Source: Eledone cirrhosa (lineage: Eukaryota). Taken from it: DNA of 64,000 nucleotides. The notes beneath the pieces were generated by a model that was not told the origin of the DNA, searched no databases, and worked only from the letters and a program-made list of their open reading frames with translations. Positions 11,270 to 25,157 of the stretch are shown here, in pieces (positions within the stretch are counted from its first letter, which is position 1; every line of letters starts with the position of its first letter). The DNA lies in NCBI GenBank assembly GCA_964016885.1, contig OZ024743.1, positions 8,432,001 to 8,496,000 on the forward strand. Direction: 5' to 3'. The position numbers were made by a program, and so were the translations under genes.

Positions 11270-14054
11270 GTAAGTTTACACACTTTTTTTTGTTGTGTAG
11301 ATTAGTTTCTGACAATGAATCCTGATATTAAACCCATCACCAAGAGATGGGATAAATACTTAAAGGTTAACCTATTGCTGATCTTGACTAAAGTAAATCG
11401 GGATCATTTTTAGGGGGGAATTATAGAGTAAATATTAGAAGCTTAATGTGTACTTCAAATTAATTAGATTAAATGAGATTAATTTATTAGTGTGAGCTGA
11501 TACAAATATTTGATAGTTAACTTGTTATTAAAAGTTTAGCAATTTATTAGGGATGTTTAAACTAATCTTCTCAATTCTTTCTTCTCTAGCCAGCACCTCC
11601 ATTCTACTTTGACCTTAAGCTACAATTCTTGCTTTGCCCTATTTGGGATTTACAGATATTATCCTATATTATTACCTTATCCCTATTATACTTTCTCCTA
11701 ATAGTGTAGTATCTATTTTCTATGCTTGCATGGGTTAAACAGCTGTCTTGTGCTGAGGCCAGACTGGTCAGGTGACTAGGTCCTGCTTGTACGCTTTGTT
11801 TTGACTTTGTTTCTATAGCTGGATGCCCTTCCTAACACCATCCGCTTTATAGCATGTACTGGGAGCATAGTTTCTATGGCTGAATGCACTTCCCAACATC
11901 AACCACTTTACAGCATGTGCTGGAAGCATTTTATGTGACTTCGATACTACTACCTTACAGTAAGGACTGGGTGCTTTTGTCATTACAACATTAGGGTGCT
12001 CAGTGTAATTGGTCTTGCTGAGGAATAGTTTAGAAAATGTGTTTACTTTTTAAAAAGCCACTACAATGCAGATGAACTATAAATAAGAGTTGAATAAGTT
12101 GTGGAAAATACTCCTGAAGTTGAAATATTTAATGTACTAAGAAAAGAACTGGGTATAAGAAGTATTGGATACACTGTACAAGAGAAAAGATAGCATTTGT
12201 ATGGATATGTGATGCATAATGAGGATGTCAGCTGCATAAAGAAATGTAGGACAACTAAACTGAACCTGTGTAAGAGGAAGACTAAGGAAAACACAAGAGA
12301 ATGTGATGAAGGCTGACATCATAAAATAGAAGCTCACAAAAGAGATGTAACAGGATTGAGTTGACTGATACTTTTCCTTATTACACAAGACTTGCTCTTC
12401 CATGTGAGCAGAATGAAATAAGATTGGGAAGGATGGTAGGGTATCAACATTTAGGTTTCCCCACTGCCAATAGGTCCCTTCCTCCCTTCTTCCTGACCCC
12501 TCTCCTTTTGTCTTCACCCATCTTAGTCTACCACACCTTATGTCACTGACGTCCCCTTTTGCTATCTAAACTATCCCCACCTACCCTCACTCATTCTCAT
12601 TGGCTACATAACTGGGGAATGGCTTGAGTTCTGTCAGGCGTCTACCACCCTCTTGTGTCCATCCAACGACCCCATACCCACTGAAAGATGCTGCCCACAC
12701 ATAAAGAGAGGTATCTTAATCATGTGTATATCCACCAATCTTATGAATCTACTGCCTCCCCCATACTCCACGATGAGCTACCAATCTTCACTCTTCTTCT
12801 CTTCAAGACCACCTCCATAAAGCAACAATTGCTCTCACTTTATTTCCCTATCTTGTGCAGCTGTAATGATGATGATGATCATCATCATATATATATAGTC
12901 AAAACATTAAAAAAAATAGTACCAGACTACATTACAATAATGGCATATTAGTATACCTCTTTAAAAAAAGGTTAGAAAAGTTTTGACATTTTGTATGTTA
13001 GTCCTTCATTGGAAGTTAAATACCTTCATTGGAAGGTAGATACAGAGAGGAGGAAAAAGAAGACAAACAAGAAAGAATGGAATATTGAGAAAAGAGGAAT
13101 GAGAAAAAAATCTCAAGTGTAGTTACTTGTCAGCCATCTTAGAAAACGATGTATATGTGATGATGATGATGATAAGAGGGTATTCCAAAAATGTATACGC
13201 ACCTTTAATGTTTATAAATACAATGTGTATTAAGATATATCTAAGTTTTATAATTCAATTTAAAGAAGATAAATGTTCAAACATTTTAAGTTATCACAAT
13301 GTTTAAATTGATGTCTGTTTGTGTTTAGACATTGCTTACAATATGGGTTAATGGAATTGCAAATATCACAAATAATTTGCTTTCATTTCATTGATTGTTG
13401 CTAGTTTTACATGATAAACCCTATATTTTAGGTGTTCCCATAAAAAAGTCCATTGCTACTCCTTTACCCAATTTATCTGCAGATTTTCATCAAGATAGGC
13501 CCTTACATAACAATGATAGGCACTCTATCATGCAGGAAATGAAACTCCTCTTGTCAACTTCTACTACAAGTTAGAAAAGTTAAGTGTCTATAGATAATTT
13601 TATATATATATATATTTGAGCGTTAACCTCCGACTTCAGAGCTATGATTCAAAGTACATGTTCAATGCTCAAACAGTTATTTAAGAATTGAGACAACTAG
13701 CAAGCAATATAAATCAAAAAAATATTTCTGCTTTTATTACAGCTGTCTCTTGCAGATTATCCAACTAAGCTTTAGTTTAGCATATTTCTACATTCAGTGT
13801 TAAGCTTTTTTTATTATTACTTTTTTGTTTTATCAGATGACTTTGAATAAAAGTTATTTCTAAAATAACAATCTGATTAAACTTGATTGACAATTGTTTT
13901 GGAACTAAAATCTGATACACAAGTTACTTCACTTTTCTGTTTTCATATAGTTTATACAAGTTCTTTTATGTGTTTTGTTCACTATGACTGTCAATGTTGG
14001 TGCACTCACTTCAGTTGCATAGTCCTTTATTCTTAATTAAATCATTTATTTTAA

Positions 14055-14274
14055 CCCTTTAATGTTCAAACCGGCCAAAACCAGCCAGAATTCTCTACCT
14101 TTTTCTGTTGAAACTGGCTGTAACTGGTCACTCAAACTGATGTTAAGGTATTGTTCTCAAAATAAATACTTTCAAAATCTCATAGATTCGATATTATGTG
14201 AGATAATTATGTGAGATAAAGCATTTACCATGAAAATATAATAGTATATATAGAGTAATGTGAATACTAAAGGG
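14055..14274 (+). mobile_element. piggyBac-type MITE copy 1
   Basis: TTAA-CCCTTTA ... TAAAGGG-TTAA termini. Confidence 0.85.
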
Positions 14275-14509
14275 TTAAAATAATAATATAGTTATAACTT
14301 ATTAATAATTCTTTGCACACTGTTATCCTCAATATAAAGTAATTCTAAGTTGTTGATTCCCCTTTGTAGTCATTTTTCACAATTTACATTACTTTCAGAA
14401 ATGCTTGAATATCATAAAAATACACATTCCCCTCTTTTATATATCTGAACTCCAATGACCATTGCAATAAATCTATAATTGCTCACATTTCATTATTTTC
14501 TGTTAAGAG

Positions 14510-14710
14510 CAGTGGATTGGCATTATCATAAAGCGTCTGAGTTCAAATCCTGCCGAGGTTAGCTTTCTTTGCCTTTCATCCTTACAAGGTCAATAAAATA
14601 AAATACCAGTAGTGCAATAAAATACCAGTAATACCAGTAATGGGTTGATTTAATCTACTTTCCCTTTCCCCCAAAATTGTTGGGCTTGTACCTAAATCAG
14701 AAACCATTAT
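14510..14710 (+). mobile_element. Degenerate SINE A
   Basis: gtggattggca...gagttcaaatcctgccgaggttagc...agaaaccatt. Confidence 0.7.
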
Positions 14711-15380
14711 TTTCTGTTAAATATACCCTCCTGCAGCAGTAAATATTATATTAATTATTTCTAAAAGCTATACTGAGTATATTAAAATCACCTCTGTTAA
14801 ACTATGCATTCTTCAATTGGTTGATAATGAGAATACTGGTTATTTACTAAGGAGTGTGGCTTAGTTATTAGGGTGTTTGGCTCATGAGTTTGATTTCTAG
14901 TGGTGCATTGTGTCCTTGAGCAAGATACTATATTTCCTTTTTTCTAGTCCACTTAACTGGAATAAATGTTCCTGTGATTCAAAGAGTGAACTTTGTCATA
15001 CACTGTGTCATGCTGAATTAGCAGAATCATTACAACCTTGGATAGAATGTTTTGCAGTATGTCTTATGCAGTATTTGTTTTGATTCTCGGCATTTCGAGT
15101 TCAATTTGAACTATGGTCAACTTTTCCTTTCATCTTTTAGAAGCCAATAAATATGTACTAGGGGTCATTATTCCTCTATCTCTTTTTCCTACCTTCTCTC
15201 ACTCTCTTTATTTTTCTCTGTTTCTCTGGAAGAAATTAACTGTGTTCAGACCTGGAGAGGGGTGAGCTCTGCCAGGTTTCAATGCCCAGGATACACTGTA
15301 TATCATAATGAAGCCCCTCCGATTCCAGCAGGAGTTAAGGGACCAAGTATACATATAGATATCACTGTTTACCTATTCAA

Positions 15381-15617
15381 TCCTTTAGCATTTATATTAC
15401 TCTATATATATATACTATTATATTTACTATTATTTTTTCCCAGTAGAGGCTTTACCTCACATAATTATCTAACAAAATATTGAATCTATGAGATTTTGAT
15501 ATTATTTATTTTGAGAACAATACCTTATCATCAGTATGAGTGGCTGGTTACAGCCTGTTTGAACAGGAAGAGGTGAGAGAATTCTGGCTGGATACAGCCG
15601 GTTTAAATGCTAAAGGG
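15381..15617 (-). mobile_element. piggyBac-type MITE copy 2 (opposite orientation)
   Basis: Reverse complement of copy 1, ends GCTAAAGGG-TTAA. Confidence 0.8.
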
Positions 15618-16371
15618 TTAATGCGGGTATCATTTGTAAAGCTCTCTAGAAATATTTATGCAGTGAGGCAGGGGAAAAAAACAATATTAGTCGTTTTTTG
15701 GTAACTGCAGAAGACAACACTTGAAATATTTGTCTTATTCTGACTATATCAGTGAACCATAGATTCTGGATTTAGTAATGAAATAACTAATGGGTGTATA
15801 CAAGATTATATATTGTTGGTGTAAAAAAAAAATACAATAAATTCAGAGATACTATCAATCATACTAATATGCAATGTGTGTTTATATATTTATTTATGTA
15901 TATTTCTGTCTGTAATACTTTAAAATTTACATACACAAATATACACTCACATGCGCACACACATACACAATGCATTTCCTCTCCCGGTCATTTTATAAGA
16001 AGTTCACTTTCCAGTCACAAAGTCCTAGGTTCTATCTTTACATTTGTCTCTGTAAACAGTTATTTCCCCAAAGTTATACATTTAATCTTGTATGTCATTT
16101 GTACAAATATGCTGAACATTTATGTAAATATATTCTAGACATAAATTACTAAGACATCATTCTCATCTTTAATCACTTCCAAATGTCAATCAACATAAAC
16201 AATAGGGCTTCTCTTATGCAAACCTTTAATTCATCAAATTCCCCAGTTTGTATGATTGTTCTTATATCTAGTAATCCTAATGTGTGTAGCAGACCAATCC
16301 TGAACTCAAAAATACAATATATTCAATGCTATTGTAGTCATTATTGACAGCATGAGTTTATATATAAAGAT

Positions 16372-16442
16372 ACATTGGTGGTTCAGTGGTAGAATACTCG
16401 CCTGCCACACAGGCAGCCTGGGTTCGATTTCCGGCTGATGCA
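16372..16442 (+). pseudogene. tRNA-Gly(GCC) pseudogene
   Basis: 71 nt colinear with metazoan tRNA-Gly-GCC (A box TGGTTCAGTGG, anticodon loop CTGCCAC, B box GGTTCGATT), T run downstream; about 9 substitutions break the acceptor and anticodon stems. Confidence 0.85.
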
Positions 16443-17482
16443 TCTTCTTAACTTTTTGTGGCAGTGCCCCAGCATGGCCTTAGCCCCTTGGATGGAACAC
16501 AAATAAATAAGTAAATAAATATGATTTGATAGCAGGTATTCAACTGATTTACTTATTTACTATTTTTACATAGGCTTGCTATTGTTTAGTGAACGTGAGG
16601 AGTCATGGTAAATACAGTGCTGTAATACATAGTAACATGTAGCAAGTAGTATACTTCATTTTTATTGATCAAATAAAATATTTTCCTTTTTTTTTTTCGT
16701 AGGTACATCTAATAATTTTTTTTATATTTCAAAATATCTATATTCATAGAATTACTAGATATAACAAGAAAAGAAAAAAAAAATTCATTTACAAATATTA
16801 GTATTAAGCTTGCTACGCATTGCTGCACATTGATGTGCTGTATTTACCATGGCCTGGAAGTCAGTTATATTTGTTTCTTTAGCTCTTAATATCCTGTAAA
16901 GATTAAACAGAAAATATCTAAAACAAGTTTGTTAATTCAAATGTTTACAGTATCTTTACTAGTGGACAGATGGTTGTAAACATTTGCAGTAAACTAAAGA
17001 AAAGATTTTCATTTCTAATGTGATGGAGTCATAGTATTGTTTTATACTTTTAGAGAATATCTTGCTGATCTGGTTTCATGTGGTACATGAAATGAAGAGT
17101 TAAATAGACAAAAGATCCTATATTTTTTAATGAAAGATGAAATGAGCAGATGTAATGTACATAACTTTCTCAGAGTTAGTAGTAGCTTAAGGGAATTGTT
17201 TTGATTTCAGTTGGGAAATGAAACTGTTACAAACTTGATTTGATGGGATTTACCTCTGCTCTATAAAGCTATGGCTATCCTATGCAAACAGTATATTATT
17301 GTCATATGGTTTAAATAAATGCCATTGATTAATTTGAATACAGTGTTAAAAATATGAAAGGGTTAAGCAGTTAGTGAAAGGCTGAGCATGAAGCTATATA
17401 ATTGTTCCAACAATATACAAATATTTAAAGTTGCAAAACCATTAGTTAATACAAGTATAAACAAACACATGTAAGATAGTAT

Positions 17483-17847
17483 TTTAGTGTTCTGTCAGAT
17501 TCAGGATTTTTTACTTGAGTAAATATCACCGGAATCTAACTACTAATTTTTATACAGAAAAGAATAAGATATATTTACAAAACGCCATATCGAATACAAG
17601 TCTTCAATTTATTGTAACTCCGTTATAATTGTGGTACACAAATATCCTCGCACCTATTTAGGTATAGTCCAAGCCCATAATTAACATGTTCATCTTCCGT
17701 GTTGTCGGTTTGAAGGAAAGCGCCAAAGAGAGAGAGAGCGGGTTGAGTTGCCGCTATTTATAACCTCTTTCCGGAAGTTGCAAAAGAGGGTTCTAGACTT
17801 TCGACGGGAAGTAACTCTAACTACTTCCCTGTCTAGAGAGCGCTACA
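17483..17847 (-). repeat. 3' LTR
   Basis: About 15 differences from the 22024-22389 copy by my count; preceded on - strand by PPT GAGAGGGGAG near 17851-17860. Confidence 0.93.
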
Positions 17848-18182
17848 AGACTCCCCTCTCAGACAAGAAGTCGAATGACCAAATGAAATCATTGTAGCGA
17901 GAACATGAAGAGCAAGGCAAAGGTACAAGAACATGAATGAATAAAATATGAGCAAGCAAATAGCAAAATGAGCATAAAACAAGTAATGCATTTTTACAAA
18001 GAATGTTTGAATGTAACGAATGATAAATCATAGTCATACAAAGGAGCAGAGAATATTGATGCTCAATGGTAAAATCAATGTTTTTCAAAGTCAAATAGTT
18101 CATACAACACTAGTGTACAGACTTTTCTGACACTAGTTCTATCTGAAAACTGAAAAAGAAAAGGTATGTTAATGCATGGGGT

Positions 18183-20900
18183 TTAAATGTATATTGTTTT
18201 TGAGAGTTTTCGTGGCCATTTTACCGTCCTGCCACCTCGTGTGACATAAGGTTGTGTGGTATGTGGTGTTTGCGGTGGAGGTGAAAGTGTTGGTGTAGGA
18301 GTGTATGTACGAAGTGTATCAGGCAGTGTGATGAGACTTTCGGAGAAAGCCTTTTTTGCTCTGTCAATGGATATTGTCTCTTTACGGCCATTGACAGCCA
18401 CTGTGAAATGTTTGGGTGTATGCGAAAGCACACGAAAAGGTCCATTATAAGGTGACGTAAGAGGTTCCTTGACGGAATCATTCAGTATGAAAATGTGTGA
18501 CCACGTAGAGATGTCCAATGGGACAGCAGACGAAATAGATTGGTCACGAGGGCTCATTGGTGGAAGGTCCGAGAAATACAAACGAATCCTGGTGACATAT
18601 GATGCTGGGTCAAGATGTGATGAATCCACTGGTGCTAACATTTTTCCAGGAAGAGTCAATGTGGTACCATAAAGAAGTTCAGCAGAAGAAAAACCTAAAT
18701 CTGTCTTAATGGCAGAACGACAACCAAGAAGCACGATAGGCAAAAATTCAGTCCAACGTTGCGGATCAGGAGTAGCGCGAAGTGCAGCTTTCAACTGTCT
18801 ATGAAATCTCTCGTCCATTCCATTGGAGGCTGGGTGATAGCTGGTCGTATGGATGTGATGAGCACCCAAGAGTCGTGATATTTCACAAAATAAGGAAGCC
18901 TCAAATTGGCGTCCACGATCCGTAGTTATTTTAGTAGGAACACCGAAACGAGCAATCCAATTGGAAATGAAAGCTCGGGCAACGGACTCTGCTGTTATGT
19001 CCATGAGGGGTATGGCTTCAGGCCACCGAGAGAAACGATCGATACAAGTCAATATGTATGTGAACCCACGACTAACGGGCCATGGACCAAAAATATCCAT
19101 GTGTATATGACGGAAACGTGCGTCAGGCGGGCTGAATTTCCCAAGAGGAGCGCAGATATGCCGATGAATCTTAGAATGCTGAGACTTCAAACAAGAACGT
19201 GCCCAACTGGTGATTAAACGACGCATATTAGGCCAGAAGAATCGAGCCGCAATAAGCTTCACCATGGCAGCTATGCCAGGATGTGACAAGGAATGAAGTG
19301 CATCAAAAACGGTACGCTGATGACAATCTGGAACAAGTGGTCTGGGTGAGCCAGTAGAAACATCGCAGAGAATTTTCCCCTCAGAAGATGGAAGAGGTAA
19401 ATATTCCAATTTGCAGCAGGAGAACTGGTCAGAGGAAATGTCCAACGAATCCAAAGTAGGTTGGTCAGTTGCAATGGCAACTAAATCGATATGTGCAGGA
19501 GACGCAAGAGAACACACAGAAAGTCGAGATAGTGCGTCTGCGGGTATGTTGGAAGTTCCAGCTATGTGACGAATGTCACTGGTGTACTGTGAGATGAGAT
19601 CCAGATGTCTATATGCTCTCGGAGAGTACTTGTCGGACTTGGATTGTAAAGCGAATGTTAACGGTTTGTGGTCCGTGAATATCGTGAACTCCCGCCCCTC
19701 CAAAAGGTGGTGGAAGTGCTTCACGGCAAGATAAATTGCCAAAAGTTCTCTGTCAAAGGTGCTGTATCTCTGTTCTGCTGGTTTTAATTGGCGAGAGAAA
19801 AATGCCAATGATTAAACTTGGTGATCGATTACATGATGCAAAACTGCGCCAATAGCACGATCAGATGCATCAACAGATAAGGAAAATCTCGCATTTGCAA
19901 CAAGATAGGCAAGGAAGGAAACTTTAGCTAGCTCAGACTTGACGGATTTAAAAGACTGCAATGCATCGGCAGAAAGTGAAATTTTTTCATCTTTCTTTTT
20001 TGCAGCTCTTAAAAACTGTGTTAAGGGGAATAACTTGTCCGTACAGTTAGGAATAAAGCGACGATAAAAATTAATTAATCCCAAGAAATGGCGTAATTGT
20101 TTCAAGGATGTTGGTGGTGCTAATTGCTGAATTGCCTCTACTTTAGCTGGCAAAGGACGAATGCCTTCTGAATCTAAAAGGTGTCCAAGGAATTCCAGTG
20201 AATCTGCACCAAACACACATTTAGCTGGGTTGATTCTGACTTGGTACGATTGGAGACGTTAAAATAACTGAGATAGATGTTGATGATGGTGTTCATCCGA
20301 ATCACTGGCTATCAGGAGATCATCAACGTAAGCAAACACAAAATCCAATCCACGCGTGACTTCATCGATAAAACGCTGGAACGTACTAGAAGAATTCCGC
20401 AAACCAAAAGGCATGGATAGGAATTCAAACGAACCAAAAGGGGTGGTCACAGCTATTTTTGGTATGTCTTCCGGATGCATGGGTATTTGATGGTAAGCGC
20501 GTACCAGATCTATTTTAGAAAATATCTTGCATCCATGCAGGGCGGATGAAAAATTTGGTAGAGGATAACGATCAAGTGTTGTGATAGCGTTAAGTCGTCT
20601 ATAATCACCCACAGGTCTAAAATCCGCTTCACCCTTACGAGCCAAATGAAGCGGGGATAGGGTGGGGTAGGTCCGCTACAACGAAAATCCATTTGAAATC
20701 CTGACGCAAAGCTAGGTCCAATGATAGAGATATTTGTCCATAAGTTTTTATAGGAGACTAGTTTACTGCATACAAGGAAATACCAGAAAAATTTGGCTTG
20801 GTACAGCTGAAATGAAGGGGCCAAATACTGCAGCTAGATCTTGTGTCGACCATAAACGATTTGTTTGAAGTTCGACCTTTTATAAAAAAAAAGGCACGAT
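18183..20900 (-). pseudogene. Gypsy pol (protease, RT, RNase H, integrase), frameshifted with an internal deletion
   Basis: MVDTRSSCS (protease), [59 protein letters not shown]. Confidence 0.92.
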
Positions 20901-20959
20901 AAGGAGAATTAATGAGGAAGAGATCTGCCGTGCCCAGATTCTCCAGGTTTAGTTTTCCG

Positions 20960-21750
20960 AAGTCCCGAAAGAGCAGGGTTGAATGCAATGATTCGCCTTT
21001 TCACGAAAACGCACGCGATACCAACATAAAGACGAGTCATTGGCGGAGGTTTCTGCACGACGTTGAAAAAAAGGAGAACGACTTCATGGACGCCATCTGG
21101 AATGTGTTCGTTCTTGACACACTTTAGTCACTTGACGAGTTAGCACGTCAATGGCTCTCAATATAGAGTCCTCACGAGGTGGAACAGGCTGTGCTTTAAG
21201 AGTAGCAGAAGCAATGTGTGGATCTGCTGAAGTAGGTACTCGAGAAAATTCCATTATGCGGTCCGCTGAGGCTGCAATTTGGTCCAGAGAACTGGTGTCG
21301 ACTATATTTGCCAGTATGGTCTGCACATTTGTTGGCAAACGGGAGAAGAAGAATTGTTTTACGAAAGAGTTATCCTCTGACGTTGAGTCGCTCAGCTCTC
21401 AGATGCACCGTAAAAACTGGGACGGGGTTCTATCTCCCAGGTTTTCCTCCTCCAACAAGGAACGAAATTTGCTCTCAGACGAACGGCTGTTCCGTCTGAA
21501 CACTTCTGCCTTAAGGGTCTCGTAAGTGGGGGATCTGGATGATATCCTTTACTGACACGGCGAGCGAGGCAGGGATTCCGCTTATGAGCACATGTAACCT
21601 TTGTTGTACCGCTTGTACGCCATATGCAACAAAATGCGAATCTAGTTGTGCAAACCACAACTCTGCATTGCCTGAATACGTCGGTAGCGAAGAATTGCTC
21701 ATCATGAATGTAGTAGCCGCCGGGTGAAATGTTTTTTTTAACTGCCGCAC
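20960..21750 (-). pseudogene. Gypsy gag, frameshifted
   Basis: LPTYSGNAELWFAQLDSHF, PTNVQTILA..LDQIAASADRIME, CHCC knuckle near 20975-21030. Confidence 0.85.
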
Positions 21751-22008
21751 ATGTGGTTTAACTTCCGCGAATCAGCCAATGACAACACATTTGAAAGAAA
21801 ATTAGTTGTATTTTCAAAAATATATATACGCACGTGGTGGTAACATGAATGGCTGAAGTGATGTAACACGGAGGAAACAAAATGGCGAATACAAAACGAA
21901 GGCTTTGTTGAAAATGAAAAACACAAGGTGTAAAAAAAATTTTTTTTATTTTCTTTATGCGTATCCGGGAAGTATCATTTTTTTTTTTTTTTTTTTTGGT
22001 ATTTCTGT

Positions 22009-22022
22009 ACGTCGGGTCACCA
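22009..22022 (-). promoter_or_regulatory. Primer binding site, tRNA-Trp-like
   Basis: TGGTGACCCGACGT versus TGGTGACCCCGACGT expected for tRNA-Trp (one C missing). Confidence 0.75.
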
Positions 22023-22023
22023 T

Positions 22024-22389
22024 TTTAGTGTTCTGTCAAACCCAGGATTATTTACTTGAGTAAATATCACCAGAATCTAATTACTAATTTTTTATACTGA
22101 AAAGAATAAGATATATTTACAAAACGCCATATCGAATACAAGTCTTCAATTTATTGTAACTCCGTTATAATTGTGGTACACAAATATCCTCGCACCTATT
22201 TAGGTATAGTCCAAGCCCGTGATTAACATGTTCATCTTCCGTGTTGTCGGTTCGAAGGAAAGCACCAAAGAGAGAGAGAGCGGGCTGAGTTGCCGTTATT
22301 TATAACCTCTTTCCGGAAGTTGCAAAAGAGGGTTCTAGACTTTCGATGGGAAGTAACTCTAACTACTTCCCTGTCTAGAGAGTGCTACA
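22024..22389 (-). repeat. 5' LTR
   Basis: Starts TGTAG on - strand; followed by the PBS. Confidence 0.93.
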
Positions 22390-23740
22390 GTATCATAGAA
22401 ATAGGTACACTGTATCAGTGTGTGTTGTAAGAAGTGACTAAAAGGGAGTAAAATGTCTCACCCAACCTATGCCAACATGAAAAGGTCAATATAAAAACAC
22501 TATCCATGTTCATTACTTCACATACAAACACTCCATAAAATTTTAACTCACCAGCTTTAACCTCCTCCACACACATATCTCCCATTACCCAAGGCAACTA
22601 CATCCTAATGCCTCATACTCTATCCAGATTAATCACTCTGCCTAAGATCACCCACAAGCCCTGAAATCCTAACATATCAGTCATACCATCATGCCCCTTT
22701 GGAGTAGGGAGGGCTCTTCAGTTGAGTCAATAACTAAAATCTTCATAGAACTGGAAACTATTCCAAAAAGGGTCAAGAGGACATTCCAGTTGTTTCAAGG
22801 GCATAACAGCTTCTCTACTTTTAGTGATTTATATGATAAACACACTCAATATACTGTTAAGTGATTGGTGACAGGAAGGATATCCAGCCATAGACAATTT
22901 GCCAAACAAAGGGTTGAGAGGACTCTTCAGTTACATGATAAACACATCCAGTACACTCTATAAAGAATTTGGTGATAAGAAGGGCATCAAGCTGTAGAAA
23001 ACCTGCCAAACAAAGGGGTGTGTGGGCTCTTCAGCTGTTTCAAAAGATATGACAACCTCCCTAGTGCTGGTGCCATGATAAAATGTACTCGGTAGAGCAT
23101 GGAAACATTTTTATAAGTGAAATGTGGGCCCCTAGCCTTCCTGAGCACTCAGTACAGTGTAAGAACATAAGTGAGTGAGACAGAGCCCTGGCACATCTGA
23201 GAGGTCAATAACTCTGTTTGGGTACTGACTTTGTCTGCTGCAAACAGTCTAACTCTTGCTAGCAGGCTAAAATGAATTTTAAATGATGATGATGGTGACT
23301 ATATAATATTTACAGATGTAGTTTAACCTAACTAGTTATGTTGTTGAGTGATAAATATATTTCAGAAGAAAAAACATCAGAAAAAATAGATTTAAAAATG
23401 TAATTTGAAAGATAGAAGGAATGACCAGCTCTCTGTAATATAGTAAAATGGACATCATGTAATTTGTGTCCCATCAGTGGTTCTGTTCCATTTTTTTTTA
23501 GACAAATCGGTGTTAATAATGACTAATATTATATGTACCCATGCTCCGTCTAACCCATGCTAGCATGGAAAATGGACATTACACGATGAGGATGATATTA
23601 ACATAAAACATTGATGATTTATGATGCAATATTCTGAAAGAACAGGAATATTGAACATTATTTTGATGTGATTTTTCAATAACTAATTAATGTATTAAAT
23701 GTTTAATTTATTCAAATGTTGTTCTTTTTCTTATGAATAG

Positions 23741-23765
23741 AAACATGGACACGATCCAACATCAG
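23741..23765 (+). CDS. WDR97: WDR97-like exon D (25-nt micro-exon)
   Basis: ttctttttcttatgaatag acceptor, KHGHDPTS, consensus donor CAG|gtaagt; its 0-1 phase is exactly what joins exons C and E in frame. Confidence 0.75.
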
Positions 23766-24229
23766 GTAAGTATTCTGATTTCTTTCTAAGTTTCTTAAGA
23801 TTTAATTGGAAATAATTGATCAGATAAAAGAAAATCTAGTTAGAATTAACAGATGAGTAAAAGAACTATTTCCAAGAGGCCATTTTGCAAACCACTTCAA
23901 TAATGATTCACAATGGCTGGTGACTTTATTGGTATGGTACAGGGAATGAGGAGAGATCAAAGATCCTCTGATACAATTAATAATTTTTATAATTTTATCA
24001 TTTTGAATAGTACTAAAATACTAAAACTAGCACTAAGATTAATAAAAATAATTTTATCAATAATAAATATAAATATATATTAAAGAATAATTTGATAATA
24101 ATGATAATAAAAATAATAATATGACTCACAACATCATGAATATCAAAAATAATTTTACTAATGATAGTAATAACTATGGCGAAGTATTTGTTTTGCAAGG
24201 TTTTTGATATGAAATCGTGAGTTGAAACA

Positions 24230-24410
24230 GATATTGTTATATTTGAGGAGGGTCATATTATCCTAATATTGCCAAAAATTAGTAAAACATACTTACTGTT
24301 TGGTTTGGGTTTTACTTTAGTTTCTGAAAACCAAACCAAACAGTAAGTGTGTTTTACTATTTTTTGGCAATATTAGGACAATATGACCCTTCCCAAATAT
24401 AGTAATAACT
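24230..24410. repeat. About 180-bp palindrome (MITE-like)
   Basis: gggtcatattatcctaatattgccaaaaa.tagtaaaaca.acttactgtttggtttgg pairs with its reverse complement across about 15 nt. Confidence 0.85.
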
Positions 24411-24503
24411 ACCATATCAAATTAAGATATAATGATCACTTCTATCCACCCAAACTGATCATCTTCTCTCACTGAATCCATATTTCATCACATTAATGAA
24501 ATA

Positions 24504-24690
24504 GGCGGTGGATTGGCAGTATCAGTAGAGGGTCGGATGCCATGCTTTGACGCATAGAGTTACGGCCCTTGCCATTCTGAGTTCAAATCCCGCCGAGGTT
24601 AACTTTGTCTTTCATCCTTACGGGGTCGATAAAATAAAGTACCAGTAATACCCTGTGTAATTGCTGGCCTTGTGCCTAACGTAGAAACAA
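24504..24690 (+). mobile_element. SINE A with TSD
   Basis: Full length; attaatgaaata at 24492 and 24690. Confidence 0.9.
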
Positions 24691-24771
24691 TTAATGAAAT
24701 AGGGATTTAATGAATAAATAAAGATAAAGATGTTGTCTGTGAAGTAATGTTTAGTTAATGTTTGTTAATAA

Positions 24772-24950
24772 TTGTTTCTATTTTTGGCACAAGGCCAGCA
24801 ATTACCCAGTACGTTACTGGTACTTTATTTTATCGACCCCGTAAGGATGAAAGGCAAAGTTAACCTCAGCGGGATTTTAACTCAGAATGGCAAGGGCCGT
24901 AACTCTATGTGTCAAAGCATGGCATCCGACCCTCTATCGATACTGCCAAT
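24772..24950 (-). mobile_element. SINE A with TSD, inverted relative to both neighbours
   Basis: tttgttaataat at 24761 and 24950. Confidence 0.9.
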
Positions 24951-25157
24951 TTGTTAATAATGTTTCATCAGATATAATAAATGTTTTTTATAATAACGTT
25001 CTTTTTCTTAACGTAATTACTTTATGCCTTATACTGTTCAGATCATATAACATGTTTGAATATGTTTACTTCTCATAATAAGATTTTTATTTCCCCCTCT
25101 AAGGGACATTTTTACTCATTCATTATTCCTGATAAGCTTGATAAACATTAATTAATT

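Larger units (their letters stand above)
17483..22389 (-). mobile_element. Full-length but defective Ty3/Gypsy LTR retrotransposon, CsRn1 clade
   Basis: Two about 365-bp LTRs, 4-bp TSD GTAT (17479-17482, 22390-22393), tRNA-Trp-like PBS, PPT, gag with WFAQ motif and CWY(R)..CIQPC CHCC-type knuckle, order PR-RT-RH-IN. Confidence 0.93.

Noticed and set aside
16372-16442. Functional tRNA-Gly
   Set aside because: Mismatches in the acceptor and anticodon stems.
16573-16607. Possible extra exon (catag|...ATG|gtaaat)
   Set aside because: Not needed for frame continuity between exons C and D, and its donor overlaps an inverted-repeat relic.
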